Source of the DNA: a virus | Length of the DNA: 64,000 nt | Virus record (IMG/VR): IMGVR_UViG_3300017782_000001 | Reading direction: 5' to 3' (one strand) | In this document: piece after piece, positions 18,372 through 27,818 of the stretch | How the letters are laid out: each line of letters opens with the position of its first letter | How positions within the stretch are numbered: position 1 is the first letter of the stretch | Program-made: the position numbers and the translations under genes | The notes under the pieces: generated by a model | Told to the model about the DNA's origin: nothing | Databases searched by the model: none | Seen by the model: the letters and a program-made list of their open reading frames with translations, nothing else

Positions 18372-19563
18372 GACACACCTTTTCGTCCCCAGGGGATCCT
18401 CTATATCTTAGTTGAACTAGACCTAATCCTCCCCAGCCACCACAACAACATGGACCAGCGCAAACTCTTGTAGGATGACCACCAAAGCCTACTGTTCTAA
18501 TATTCGAATAACATAACTGGTTATTCGAACCATTATGACATAAATGCCATTGACTTAGGTGCCATCCTCCATGGGCTAGCCAGTTATTATGTGATGTTAA
18601 ATTCATCCATCTTGGACCTGAAGTTCTAACTCCAGATTGAACTGTCGTATAATTTTTATCTCCACATCCCCAAGCAGCACAACCACTATAGCATGATGAT
18701 ACGGCGTGACCATACCCGCCATAGCCGCCTCTATTTTGACCTACGCTAGATTGTCTAAAAGCTTTTTGACAAAACCCTGCAGCTGCACAATGTTCGCCTA
18801 CAACTTGATCACACCTATTGTTTACTGTTAAATCAGTACAGCAATGATTATAAGGACCATAGCAACATTTTGACACAGGTATATTATTCGCGTTTCTTGG
18901 TTTTTCAAGATCATATGAAGATTGAATCATACCTTCTAAATGAGGAGCACGGCCGTGATGCCAATGCGGTATTCTCGCATTATAGTTATCAGAAGGATAT
19001 CTAATAGTGTCACCTTCATATTTCCATTGAGGAACTGGGTATGAGCTATCGCCACCGCCATCTATTTTTCTTTTACCATAAGTCCCGCCAGTACCTTGTC
19101 CGGTTCTATCATAGCAACAATATCCAAAATAACAACAAACCGGGCCACATCGACCGCCGCAAGTACAGAAACATCCTTGAGCATTTGGAGATATTCTTAC
19201 TGTTGTAAAACACCCGTGACACCCGACACGCGCGGGGAAACAGCATCCACCGTGAGCTACGACATAACACATACCCCAGCCTTCAGTCATTTGAACACAG
19301 CTTGACATATAGTTACCACCAGCCGCGGCTGGTCCTTGTTGGCAACAGTTACCACCAGCTCCTGCTCCTCCAGCAGACCACATTTCTAGTTTACCCCATT
19401 TAACTCCAGGAGGTGCACAGAATCTTCCGCAATTCGAACCGTAAATTACCGCACGATAGCTACTTGCTTCACATCTTTGTTCCCAAAAAATTGCTTCACA
19501 ATAATCTGGCGTAGGTGTTACATCAGCGTATCCGGGAGCAAAGTTTCTTAATTTTTTAGCCAT
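18364..19563 (-). CDS. Cys/Gly-rich virion-type protein, paralogue 4
   Basis: Start MAKKLRNFAPG at 19563 (GAGGT SD, overlaps upstream stop); same motifs as neighbours. Confidence 0.8.
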   Translation of the reverse strand: MAKKLRNFAPGYADVTPTPDYCEAIFWEQRCEASSYRAVIYGSNCGRFCAPPGVKWGKLEMWSAGGAGAGGNCCQQGPAAAGGNYMSSCVQMTEGWGMCYVVAHGGCCFPARVGCHGCFTTVRISPNAQGCFCTCGGRCGPVCCYFGYCCYDRTGQGTGGTYGKRKIDGGGDSSYPVPQWKYEGDTIRYPSDNYNARIPHWHHGRAPHLEGMIQSSYDLEKPRNANNIPVSKCCYGPYNHCCTDLTVNNRCDQVVGEHCAAAGFCQKAFRQSSVGQNRGGYGGYGHAVSSCYSGCAAWGCGDKNYTTVQSGVRTSGPRWMNLTSHNNWLAHGGWHLSQWHLCHNGSNNQLCYSNIRTVGFGGHPTRVCAGPCCCGGWGGLGLVQLRYRGSPGDEKVCHG

Positions 19564-20684
19564 TATCGATACCTCAACATTACCATACCGTGTCCAGGCC
19601 AACCTGAGCAACAACATGGACCACCGCAAACTCTTGCCGCATTTCCAGAATGACCAACTACCCTAACATTAGAGTAACAATTATTATTATTTGATCCATT
19701 GTGACATAAGTGCCATTGAGACCAATTCCAGCCACCCCATGCATCAGCATTCACTGAAGTAAAGTTAATCCATCTTGGACCTGAAGTTCTAGTTCCAGAT
19801 CCGGATTGACCATATTTTTTTCCACCACATGAGTGCCAAGCTTGCTTCCCGCAGTTTTCTACCGCAACAAAACCAACGTGATATCCTTTTTGAATATTCG
19901 CATAGTTCATAGTACATTCAGGTGCAGCACCTCTACAATCGCCAAGACAAGATTTTAGGTGTGTAGTTGCTTCTTTACATGCAAATTGTGATTGTTTTTT
20001 TCCACTTCCTGTACCCGGAACATGATTCCAGCCATCTTTATTTGTACGACTTCTATCCCAAGGTCTTCTACCTACCATAGTAGGCGCATACTTAGCACAA
20101 GGATCACCGTTAAAGAATTGACTACAACCACATCCATATTGATAGCGAGTTTTATCTCTCATGGTTCCATCCCAATCAAGTGCACCGCAATCTCTATTGT
20201 TACAACAACTAAAGAAATAGCATTGTGAAAAACCGCACCATCCTCCGTTAATACACATCTCTGCGCATTCGTTGCCATGTTTCCAAAAACTGTAACACCT
20301 AGCGTCTGTTGTCGTTGGTTGACAACATCCGCCATGAGCAACGACATAGCAGTAATATCCAGGCTTTGGTTCAAAGCAAGCTTTCATATATGCTCCGCCG
20401 CCTGAAGGTGCGCCATCCATACAACAACATGATCCCCAAGAACTTCCTCCTGCAGACCACATATTTACTTGTAATTCACTAGGATCCTGATGGTCACATT
20501 CTTTTGACCCATGACCTTGAGCACCAAATTTTGGAAACCACCATCTGCCACAGGATGAGCCATATATTGCACTTCGGTTTTGAGCTGTGTTTTGCCGTTG
20601 TTCCCAAAAAATTGCTTCACAATAATTTGGGGTCGGTGTAACATCCGCTAAGCCTGGTGCAAATTCTCTAAAATTCCTAGCCAT
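19563..20684 (-). CDS. Cys/Gly-rich virion-type protein, paralogue 3
   Basis: Start MARNFREFAPG at 20684; WHLCHNGS; RVCGGPCCC. Confidence 0.8.
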   Translation of the reverse strand: MARNFREFAPGLADVTPTPNYCEAIFWEQRQNTAQNRSAIYGSSCGRWWFPKFGAQGHGSKECDHQDPSELQVNMWSAGGSSWGSCCCMDGAPSGGGAYMKACFEPKPGYYCYVVAHGGCCQPTTTDARCYSFWKHGNECAEMCINGGWCGFSQCYFFSCCNNRDCGALDWDGTMRDKTRYQYGCGCSQFFNGDPCAKYAPTMVGRRPWDRSRTNKDGWNHVPGTGSGKKQSQFACKEATTHLKSCLGDCRGAAPECTMNYANIQKGYHVGFVAVENCGKQAWHSCGGKKYGQSGSGTRTSGPRWINFTSVNADAWGGWNWSQWHLCHNGSNNNNCYSNVRVVGHSGNAARVCGGPCCCSGWPGHGMVMLRYR

Positions 20685-21769
20685 TATCGATACTTCCAAA
20701 TAATAGCGCCATTAATGCCTGGGCCACCACAACAACATGGTCCTGCACAGACTCGCGCTGGTTTTCCACCAGTTCCTACACTTCTTAAATTAGCAAAACA
20801 CGTACTACTACCGCTGCCATTATGACATATATGCCAATTTTTCCAATTCCAGCCACCCCATGCATTAGCATTCACTGAAGTAAAGTTAATCCATCTATGT
20901 CCTGAGGATCTAATTCCAGATCCAGAAGTTACAAAGGGTTTTTCTCCACATGTAGCCCAGTTAACTTTAGCACAACACTGCATTTGAGAAACACCAATAG
21001 GCCATGCATCAGGAGGTGAAGTCCACTTTTTTGAACATGTGCCAGATCCAGAACAACACTCAGTGTCTTCTCTAGTACAAGTTGTTGCATAAGGATCCAC
21101 ACCATTTAGTGGAATGCAATTTTTCCCACCAAGATTTTTAGTTTGTACATTTGAAGGATGTCTACCTATTTCACCGCCAGTAAAGCAGTTTGTACTGTTG
21201 AAATTTCTGGTGTAATCGCAGCTACAAGCCCATTTCCAAGTGGTTTGAGTATCATCATCAGGACCACAAACAGCATCGGGTCCTTGAGCAAACTTTCGTC
21301 CACCATCACCCCATTGACTTCTATTACAACAATAATCAAAATAACAAGCGCTAACTCCGCACATGCCACCGATATTGCAGCTTGTACAACAAGTATCTTG
21401 ATCTTTAATAAGAGTAAAGCAACCATATGCTGCGGCCGCAGGCTGACAACATCCAGACGATCCTACGACATAACAATAAGACTTACCTTCATAAGCGCTG
21501 TAACAACCTCTCATATATATGCCACCACCAGCTGGTTGACCACTCATACAACAACATGATCCCCAGCCTATTCCGCCACCAGACCATCTATCAATTATTA
21601 CATGTTTTGCAGGTGCATTGAGACAAAACCGACCACAGGCATGTCCATAAATGGCGCTTCGCTCGCTGTCGGGATTCTGTCTCTTCTCGAATACAATGAA
21701 TTCGCACCAATCAGGTGTAGGTGTTACATCAGCGTATCCGGGAGCAAATTTTCTTATGTGTTTTGCCAC
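20684..21769 (-). CDS. Cys/Gly-rich virion-type protein, paralogue 2
   Basis: GTG start; about 36 Cys in 361 aa by manual count; RVCAGPCCCGG. Confidence 0.8.
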   Translation of the reverse strand: MAKHIRKFAPGYADVTPTPDWCEFIVFEKRQNPDSERSAIYGHACGRFCLNAPAKHVIIDRWSGGGIGWGSCCCMSGQPAGGGIYMRGCYSAYEGKSYCYVVGSSGCCQPAAAAYGCFTLIKDQDTCCTSCNIGGMCGVSACYFDYCCNRSQWGDGGRKFAQGPDAVCGPDDDTQTTWKWACSCDYTRNFNSTNCFTGGEIGRHPSNVQTKNLGGKNCIPLNGVDPYATTCTREDTECCSGSGTCSKKWTSPPDAWPIGVSQMQCCAKVNWATCGEKPFVTSGSGIRSSGHRWINFTSVNANAWGGWNWKNWHICHNGSGSSTCFANLRSVGTGGKPARVCAGPCCCGGPGINGAIIWKYR

Positions 21770-21782
21770 CGGTTACTATCCC

Positions 21783-22673
21783 TTATCGATATGTTATTCG
21801 AATCTTACCAGAGTTTGAAGTTGGAGAGCAACAGCATGTAGCTGCTCCAGTCCATGTGCCAGGTCTTCCCATACCGTATTCAATGTCGTATGGGTGACAC
21901 GTACAAGATCCACCCCAGAACAATCCTACTTTATTAGATAGGTTTTCTCCACCAAGTCCTTGAACACCTCTGCAGAAAAATCCTACAATGTGTCCTCCTC
22001 TTTTACTCCAATCGCCGCCGGGATATGGAACTCCATACTTCCAAGTATTTCCTTGACCTGGCTGATTATCGGTTGCACTATCTGCCATAGCAGAATCAGC
22101 TGGAATCATTAACCAACCCGGCAATCCATAAGCTCCACCATCTGCACCATAGTATTTGGCACATCCGGAATCTTGTCCGTAAAAAAGTCTGTATCTAGAA
22201 GCTGAGTCTCCGGAATCAATATATTGTCTAGGACAACACGTATTAACTCCTGGGTATCCTTCTTCAGCGCAAAAGTTATTTAGACCTCGTCCAATAACCA
22301 TAGCATTTCGCCATGATTCTCTAATGCCTGTTCTTTCAGACCGACAACACATGTGAATGCCAGCTTGTACATAGTAGCAGTCACCTTGTTTTACTGGAAT
22401 AGGTCCTTTATAAGCATACGCACCAGATCCTGATGGTGTTGAAATTGAACAACATTCTGAACCAGCGCCTTGTCCACCTGCACCCCAAATTTCAAAGTAA
22501 GCACAAGTTACACCATTAGGAACACACCAATGCGTTTTATGTCTTAAATAAGCGCAATTATCTGCGTTTACTCCGTTGGTGTGTTTTGGAATGAAGTTCC
22601 ATTCACACCACCCATCCCAACGAGTATCGTCTTTTAGACCCGCTCTGATAAGATGTGTTAAATATTTAGCCAT
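21783..22673 (-). CDS. Cys/Gly-rich virion-type protein, paralogue 1
   Basis: FEIWGAGGQGAGSECC...SGSGAYAYK, NFCAEEG, TCCC; closest to paralogue 6. Confidence 0.75.
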   Translation of the reverse strand: MAKYLTHLIRAGLKDDTRWDGWCEWNFIPKHTNGVNADNCAYLRHKTHWCVPNGVTCAYFEIWGAGGQGAGSECCSISTPSGSGAYAYKGPIPVKQGDCYYVQAGIHMCCRSERTGIRESWRNAMVIGRGLNNFCAEEGYPGVNTCCPRQYIDSGDSASRYRLFYGQDSGCAKYYGADGGAYGLPGWLMIPADSAMADSATDNQPGQGNTWKYGVPYPGGDWSKRGGHIVGFFCRGVQGLGGENLSNKVGLFWGGSCTCHPYDIEYGMGRPGTWTGAATCCCSPTSNSGKIRITYR

Positions 22674-22701
22674 GTTGTAGCTCCATCCAAATTGTTAACG
22701 T

Positions 22702-23121
22702 TTAGCCCTGAACCAGGAATTGCCAGCCGTTAGTGTCTCCGGACCAAACAAGTTGTAGGCCAATACCCATTGTATCGACAAGAATATCAGAATCTTGACC
22801 AAGAATCTTGTCTGAAGATGAAATTACCAAATGATTAGTTTGGAATTTTTGTTTTACGTCTACAATGTTTACTCTACCATCGCCAACAGAGTTACCAGAT
22901 ACACTTGGTAGTGTTATTGTAACTTCGCCGGTGGATGTATCTACAAAGTATCCATTATAGTTTGCTGCAGTTAAGTCTGAATCGATCAAAGACCATGCAA
23001 TAGGAGGCTCAATTGAGTTTACCGCTTTAGCGATATAAGCGAGCTGTTCCGGACTTGCAGATGCGATTGACGTCTCAAGCTTGTTGACTAGCGCTGTCTT
23101 TACGGTATCAACGGTTGCCAT
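22702..23121 (-). CDS. Small fibre/baseplate accessory protein
   Basis: YFVDTS.G.VTITLP...IVD...F.TN.L...LVWSG.TNGW module typical of T4-like fibre proteins. Confidence 0.7.
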   Translation of the reverse strand: MATVDTVKTALVNKLETSIASASPEQLAYIAKAVNSIEPPIAWSLIDSDLTAANYNGYFVDTSTGEVTITLPSVSGNSVGDGRVNIVDVKQKFQTNHLVISSSDKILGQDSDILVDTMGIGLQLVWSGDTNGWQFLVQG

Positions 23122-26100
23122 TTCTTATTCCTCTCTTAATTTTTTTGCCATCTAAAAGTTCTTTAGCGTCAAAGCCAATATATTGTTCAAACGCTATTTC
23201 TCCGGTTTGGCCTGTCCCCGGTAACGTTACAGTTCTGTTCTTATAAATTTGATCATCAACATAAGTTTTGACTGCAAATTCTGTTGGAACAGCGCTATTC
23301 GAAGCTCCCGACAAATTAGGATCTGCCGAGAATTCATTAATTGTTTCACCTAGCTTAGCTCCAATGGAACCAAGTCTCAATGATGTAAGACCTGCAAGGT
23401 CGAAGGCAGATGCATCTAGTGTTGCTCTACCAGTCGCCTGATCAATTCGGAAATAGTTACCTACTCTAAAGTTACCGTCTTGGTCAGTTGATACGTAAAA
23501 GACTCTTCCAGCACCTTTTTCTATAACCTCATTTCCTTGAGTTTTAGAGTAACCCGTTAAAGGAGAATTCGGATAATTAGTATTAGTAGCATTACCAGTA
23601 CCAATATTTAAGAAATCATGGCCAGTTAGTCTTGTCTGAGAGTATCTATAACGAACTCTCGATGTTTGTCCGTGGAACGCTGGACTAGTAGCAAGCTTTT
23701 GTTGAGCAAATACTAGAGTAATTCGTCCACTTGTTGAATCCCAATCTTGTGTAGATTGAATAACATATGTAAATGAGTCATAACCTGAATCTGATGGATT
23801 ACCTCCTGAAGTTACAAATTCAACCGATCCACCTTCAAGTGGTTCTGAGTCAAATCCTTCAAAGGCCATTGTAAATCCATACTGTCCGTGCGCAGTATCA
23901 GAGTCTATGAGGATAGAATATACATTACCTCCAGATTCTTGAATCGAATCTCCTGACTTAAATCCAGATCCATCAATTTGATTTTCGACAATTAATCTTT
24001 GGATTGAAGTTAGTGCAGCAATGACTTTGCCTCTGGTTCCTTGATAAACCGCAGTACCTGAATCAAAATCTCCACCGGAATCTGTGAACTTTGCAGCTCC
24101 ACCAGTTACATAAGCACTGTTTCCTGAAGCATCATATGTAGGAGGATCAACAAGAGTAATTTCTTGGAAAAATCCAGCCGCCGAAGTGCTTTTACCTGAA
24201 GCCACATAGAGAGGACCTGTTTGTGCAGAATCAATAGTGATTTTATAAGCAAAGCTGTTTTTAGTGCCAGTAGCTCTTGAGTTAGTAACACCTTTTATAA
24301 CTTCGCCGGTGTAATTACCAGCTGACCACTGACTTGAATCAGAAGTTGTTAGATAGAAAGGATTAAATCCTGTTGAGCTATCCAAAGTAAAGTAATATCT
24401 TGAACCTCTATACAACTGGAAGCCTGAGTCTCCAGTAATATTATAATCAGTTCCTACACCAATACCGCTTAAGTTAAATCCTGCTGAATCACCTGTAACT
24501 GTCCAGTATTCATTTTCAGCTGTTCTTAGTGAGAAGTCGTTTGAAGTAATACTATCAACTAAGAAATACTTGTTGTTAACTTGACTCATACCAGTTACGC
24601 TTGAAACATTGATAAGGTTATAGCTATCAAAGTTATGCGAAGCAACTGTAACAACAGCCGGATTAGATCTAGTAATATCAGTAATTGATGCGTTAGTTAC
24701 ACTTTTACCGCCACTAAATCTTGTATCAAGAAGACTTGTTGCATTAGAGTCATTATATAAAGAGAAGTTAAAACTATCGACTTTTCTAATATGATACTCA
24801 AGTCCATCTGCAATACCGGCATCATTACCAATATCCGAATCCCAAAGACCAGAATCAGGCGATACATCATTAACATATCTATTTTTTAGAGAAGCAAGCC
24901 TAACTCTATCATTATCTACAAGACCATGAGCAACTCTGGTTTTAACTACTCCTGGATTTGCTCTTGTAATAGTATCAATTGAAATGTTTTTATTAGGCTG
25001 GCGAATGATATCACCATCTTCAAACTCACCATTTGTAATTGATCCATCTTTATAATCTATGGCAAATCCTCTAACAGTCCCATCATTTGATGTTTCATTA
25101 GAATCAAAGCCTGCTGACACAGCACCATATGTACCATATGAGTTGTTACCATTCAATGCTCTAATTTGTCCGCCAGAAGATGTAGCATAACCAATGTGAC
25201 AATAATATGTAAAGCAAGAAACAATTTCTGCTCTACCATTATTTCTTACCCAAAAGCCAATTCCATCTGAGTGTAAGTTAGTAAATGCATGAAAAACCAT
25301 TGAGGCATTTGTGCTTGAATCTGATTGTCTAGCAGCATCAAAGTGGCCACCGTCAACAATAGCACCAATTCCTCCGGTTGAAAACGCCGAGCAATCTTTA
25401 ATATACGGTGACTTTGTTGAAATTGCAAAGTTTGGATCAAGCTTAAAGTAAGCGCCTTTTCTTCCAGTTGACAATTCAGGATTTTGATCATCGCCAGAAT
25501 CTGGAACAAATCCAGTAAGACCTCTAAATGTCATACCTTCAACTAATGTAGCATCTCTCATAAAGAACATGGCATCAGCTGAATCATATCCTGGTGAAGG
25601 CTGAACTCTTGTAGTTCTTAAACCTTGGCCATGCATAGTAGTGTTATGAGGAATATGGATTGGAAGAATTTCTTTATAATCGCCATTAGCAACAAGAACA
25701 GTTGTTGATGAATCCTTCGTAATATTTTTATCGATAAAGCGCATTGCAAAGTTAATTGTCTTAAATGGCGCATTAGCAGATTTACCATAATCGGAATCAT
25801 CAGTACCAGCATCAACAGAAATATAGAATGTATTTTTTGTATCGTCTGGATATGAAAGTGAATATCCAGAAGCTGTGCTATTAACTGTAATTACTTTACC
25901 AATATCAGATGAATCAATTACTGGAAGAATATTGTCTCCGCCTGCAACAAAAAGATCAAAGAAAGAATCTGCTAAATCATTAGCAAAGTTTCCTGTTGAA
26001 GTAAAATCTTGTTTTGCAATATAAACTGATGTTGCTGTACTAACCAAATCATCTATTAGGTATTCAGAACCTGATGCATATGCACCTCTGAATCTAATAC

Positions 26101-27193
26101 CTGAATTATACTTTTCCCAATTTCCATTTGCAAGATCTGAGTCAAAGTTTGAAGTAGAAGCATGAGGAAGAATAGAAATATAGTTATTTCCTCCTCTATT
26201 AACAACTACATCAATACCGTATTCAACGCTTGAGTCCCAATCTGCTTGATAATCAATACCTGGAACAACCTTTGTCCAATTTGCAGTTACTGTAGGCTTA
26301 ACATTCAAGCTGTTTGTAGCAGCTTTGAAAACAGATCCACCATACCTTACAGTATCACCTGTATAGTATTGTGTAGTATCGGCCCAATCACCATTGAAAT
26401 TAAATCCTGAAACTACTAGCGACCAGCTTGCACTATCATTAGGATCTGTGCCTGCTACTGTTTGTCTTGCTCTATAAAGATCACCACCAAATTTTACAAG
26501 ATCATTTGTAAAATACGTTGTGGCTGAGTCAAAACCGCCATCAATAAATTTAGTACCGCCAACATAAAGTTCCCAATATGTTGAGTTTGTTGGAACAATT
26601 CCGGCAGTAGTATTTTGTTTAGCTTTATAAAGGTTGGCACCATATCCTACAACGTCATCTTTCTTATAGACTGTAGCTTGGTTCCATACACCTTCATTGC
26701 CAATGCCGCTAATGAAAGGATCCCAATATGTATTATTTGTAGGATCATTCGATGTAGAATTTTGTTTTGCAATATAAGCAGACCCGCCGTATTTTACAAC
26801 GTCATTTGCTTGATAATCAGTACTGGAATCATAGGAACCTTCCCACTGAATACCATCAACAAACTGAGACCAGTAGGAACTATTAGAACCTAATCCTGGA
26901 TTTTTATTTGTTGACTGCGTTTGTGCAATGTATACTTTACCACCGTATGATACGCCATCACCGATGTTATAGCTTGAAGATGAGTCCCATACACCATCGA
27001 ATGAGAAACCTTCAAGCATTAATCTCCAATACGTAGTAGCCGTTGGAACGTTACCACTCGTTTTGAGATTGTAAATGTATACGTATACGTTACCGCCATA
27101 TTTTACGACATCATTTTGTTCGTAGGTTGTGGAGTTGCTCCACTGGCCGGCAAAGTAGAATCTTAATTTTCCTAGATCTATAACTTGTGTCAT
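23108..27193 (-). CDS. Large tail fibre/spike protein (1361 aa)
   Basis: About 8 N-terminal W..Y...DVV.YGG..Y.A repeats (CBM5/12-like); beta-helix-like region after APFKTINFA; two IT.I.R.NP.VV modules; C-terminal INEFS.D..L...SN.AVPTE.AVKTYVD. Confidence 0.8.
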   Translation of the reverse strand: MTQVIDLGKLRFYFAGQWSNSTTYEQNDVVKYGGNVYVYIYNLKTSGNVPTATTYWRLMLEGFSFDGVWDSSSSYNIGDGVSYGGKVYIAQTQSTNKNPGLGSNSSYWSQFVDGIQWEGSYDSSTDYQANDVVKYGGSAYIAKQNSTSNDPTNNTYWDPFISGIGNEGVWNQATVYKKDDVVGYGANLYKAKQNTTAGIVPTNSTYWELYVGGTKFIDGGFDSATTYFTNDLVKFGGDLYRARQTVAGTDPNDSASWSLVVSGFNFNGDWADTTQYYTGDTVRYGGSVFKAATNSLNVKPTVTANWTKVVPGIDYQADWDSSVEYGIDVVVNRGGNNYISILPHASTSNFDSDLANGNWEKYNSGIRFRGAYASGSEYLIDDLVSTATSVYIAKQDFTSTGNFANDLADSFFDLFVAGGDNILPVIDSSDIGKVITVNSTASGYSLSYPDDTKNTFYISVDAGTDDSDYGKSANAPFKTINFAMRFIDKNITKDSSTTVLVANGDYKEILPIHIPHNTTMHGQGLRTTRVQPSPGYDSADAMFFMRDATLVEGMTFRGLTGFVPDSGDDQNPELSTGRKGAYFKLDPNFAISTKSPYIKDCSAFSTGGIGAIVDGGHFDAARQSDSSTNASMVFHAFTNLHSDGIGFWVRNNGRAEIVSCFTYYCHIGYATSSGGQIRALNGNNSYGTYGAVSAGFDSNETSNDGTVRGFAIDYKDGSITNGEFEDGDIIRQPNKNISIDTITRANPGVVKTRVAHGLVDNDRVRLASLKNRYVNDVSPDSGLWDSDIGNDAGIADGLEYHIRKVDSFNFSLYNDSNATSLLDTRFSGGKSVTNASITDITRSNPAVVTVASHNFDSYNLINVSSVTGMSQVNNKYFLVDSITSNDFSLRTAENEYWTVTGDSAGFNLSGIGVGTDYNITGDSGFQLYRGSRYYFTLDSSTGFNPFYLTTSDSSQWSAGNYTGEVIKGVTNSRATGTKNSFAYKITIDSAQTGPLYVASGKSTSAAGFFQEITLVDPPTYDASGNSAYVTGGAAKFTDSGGDFDSGTAVYQGTRGKVIAALTSIQRLIVENQIDGSGFKSGDSIQESGGNVYSILIDSDTAHGQYGFTMAFEGFDSEPLEGGSVEFVTSGGNPSDSGYDSFTYVIQSTQDWDSTSGRITLVFAQQKLATSPAFHGQTSRVRYRYSQTRLTGHDFLNIGTGNATNTNYPNSPLTGYSKTQGNEVIEKGAGRVFYVSTDQDGNFRVGNYFRIDQATGRATLDASAFDLAGLTSLRLGSIGAKLGETINEFSADPNLSGASNSAVPTEFAVKTYVDDQIYKNRTVTLPGTGQTGEIAFEQYIGFDAKELLDGKKIKRGIRNGNR

Positions 27194-27441
27194 AGGATTA
27201 CCAACTCCAGATGTCCAGTGTTTTTATTCATACGAAATGTAATTGCATCAGCCGTCCAAAAATATTGTTTATACCCATCAGGATCTTTTATAAATCCGTC
27301 TTCTGGTAGTACTACTGGTGAACTATCATTTGTTCTTATTACGTCAATTGAAAGCGAACTTTGTGAATCCATTTTCAATCCATAGAACGCCTTATCATAT
27401 AAAGTATCTATCTCTTCGAGATTTTTATAAAATACAGTCAT
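27190..27441 (-). CDS. Small hypothetical virion-associated protein
   Basis: Translationally coupled within the late operon. Confidence 0.7.
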   Translation of the reverse strand: MTVFYKNLEEIDTLYDKAFYGLKMDSQSSLSIDVIRTNDSSPVVLPEDGFIKDPDGYKQYFWTADAITFRMNKNTGHLELVIL

Positions 27442-27770
27442 TATGATAAGATGTCCTCTGTTATAGTGGCGATTACGCTAAATGCATCGTCAACGGCCGC
27501 ACTTGCTTTAATCACATCACCTGCTTCTAATGAAACTTTGCTTCCTAGAAGAATATCGTTTGTATTATCTGTTTCAATTCTTTTGTTATGAGCCAGATAA
27601 ATTGTGTCTGCACCTCTGATAAGCTTTATTGTAATGCCAAGTCCAGCGCCATAAATGTTTGTCGCAATTAGACCTATCAATAAATGTGGACCACCTGATG
27701 GTGCTGTATATACAGTAGCTTCGCTAGATCCTACATTCGCGGCAATACCATTATCAAATGCTGCAGCCAT
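27441..27770 (-). CDS. Small beta-rich virion protein (conserved in marine T4-likes)
   Basis: VYTAPS...IG...TN...K.SLEAGD.I module; follows a late promoter. Confidence 0.75.
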   Translation of the reverse strand: MAAAFDNGIAANVGSSEATVYTAPSGGPHLLIGLIATNIYGAGLGITIKLIRGADTIYLAHNKRIETDNTNDILLGSKVSLEAGDVIKASAAVDDAFSVIATITEDILS

Positions 27771-27797
27771 TTCTAAACCTTTTTAATTTCCTGATTG

Positions 27798-27805
27798 TAT
27801 TTATA
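27798..27805 (-). promoter_or_regulatory. Late promoter TATAAATA
   Basis: Exact motif upstream of 27770. Confidence 0.8.
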
Positions 27806-27818
27806 ACAAAAGTAATTT

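Noticed and set aside
17251-21748. Repeated DNA blocks as a CRISPR array
   Set aside because: The blocks are in-frame coding segments about 1.1-2.2 kb apart, differ from one another, and no cas genes are present
16185-22673. Cys-rich proteins as multiheme cytochromes, selenoproteins or DGR targets
   Set aside because: No CxxCH motifs, no signal peptides, no in-frame TGA; no reverse transcriptase and no adenine-specific TR/VR pattern in the shared blocks
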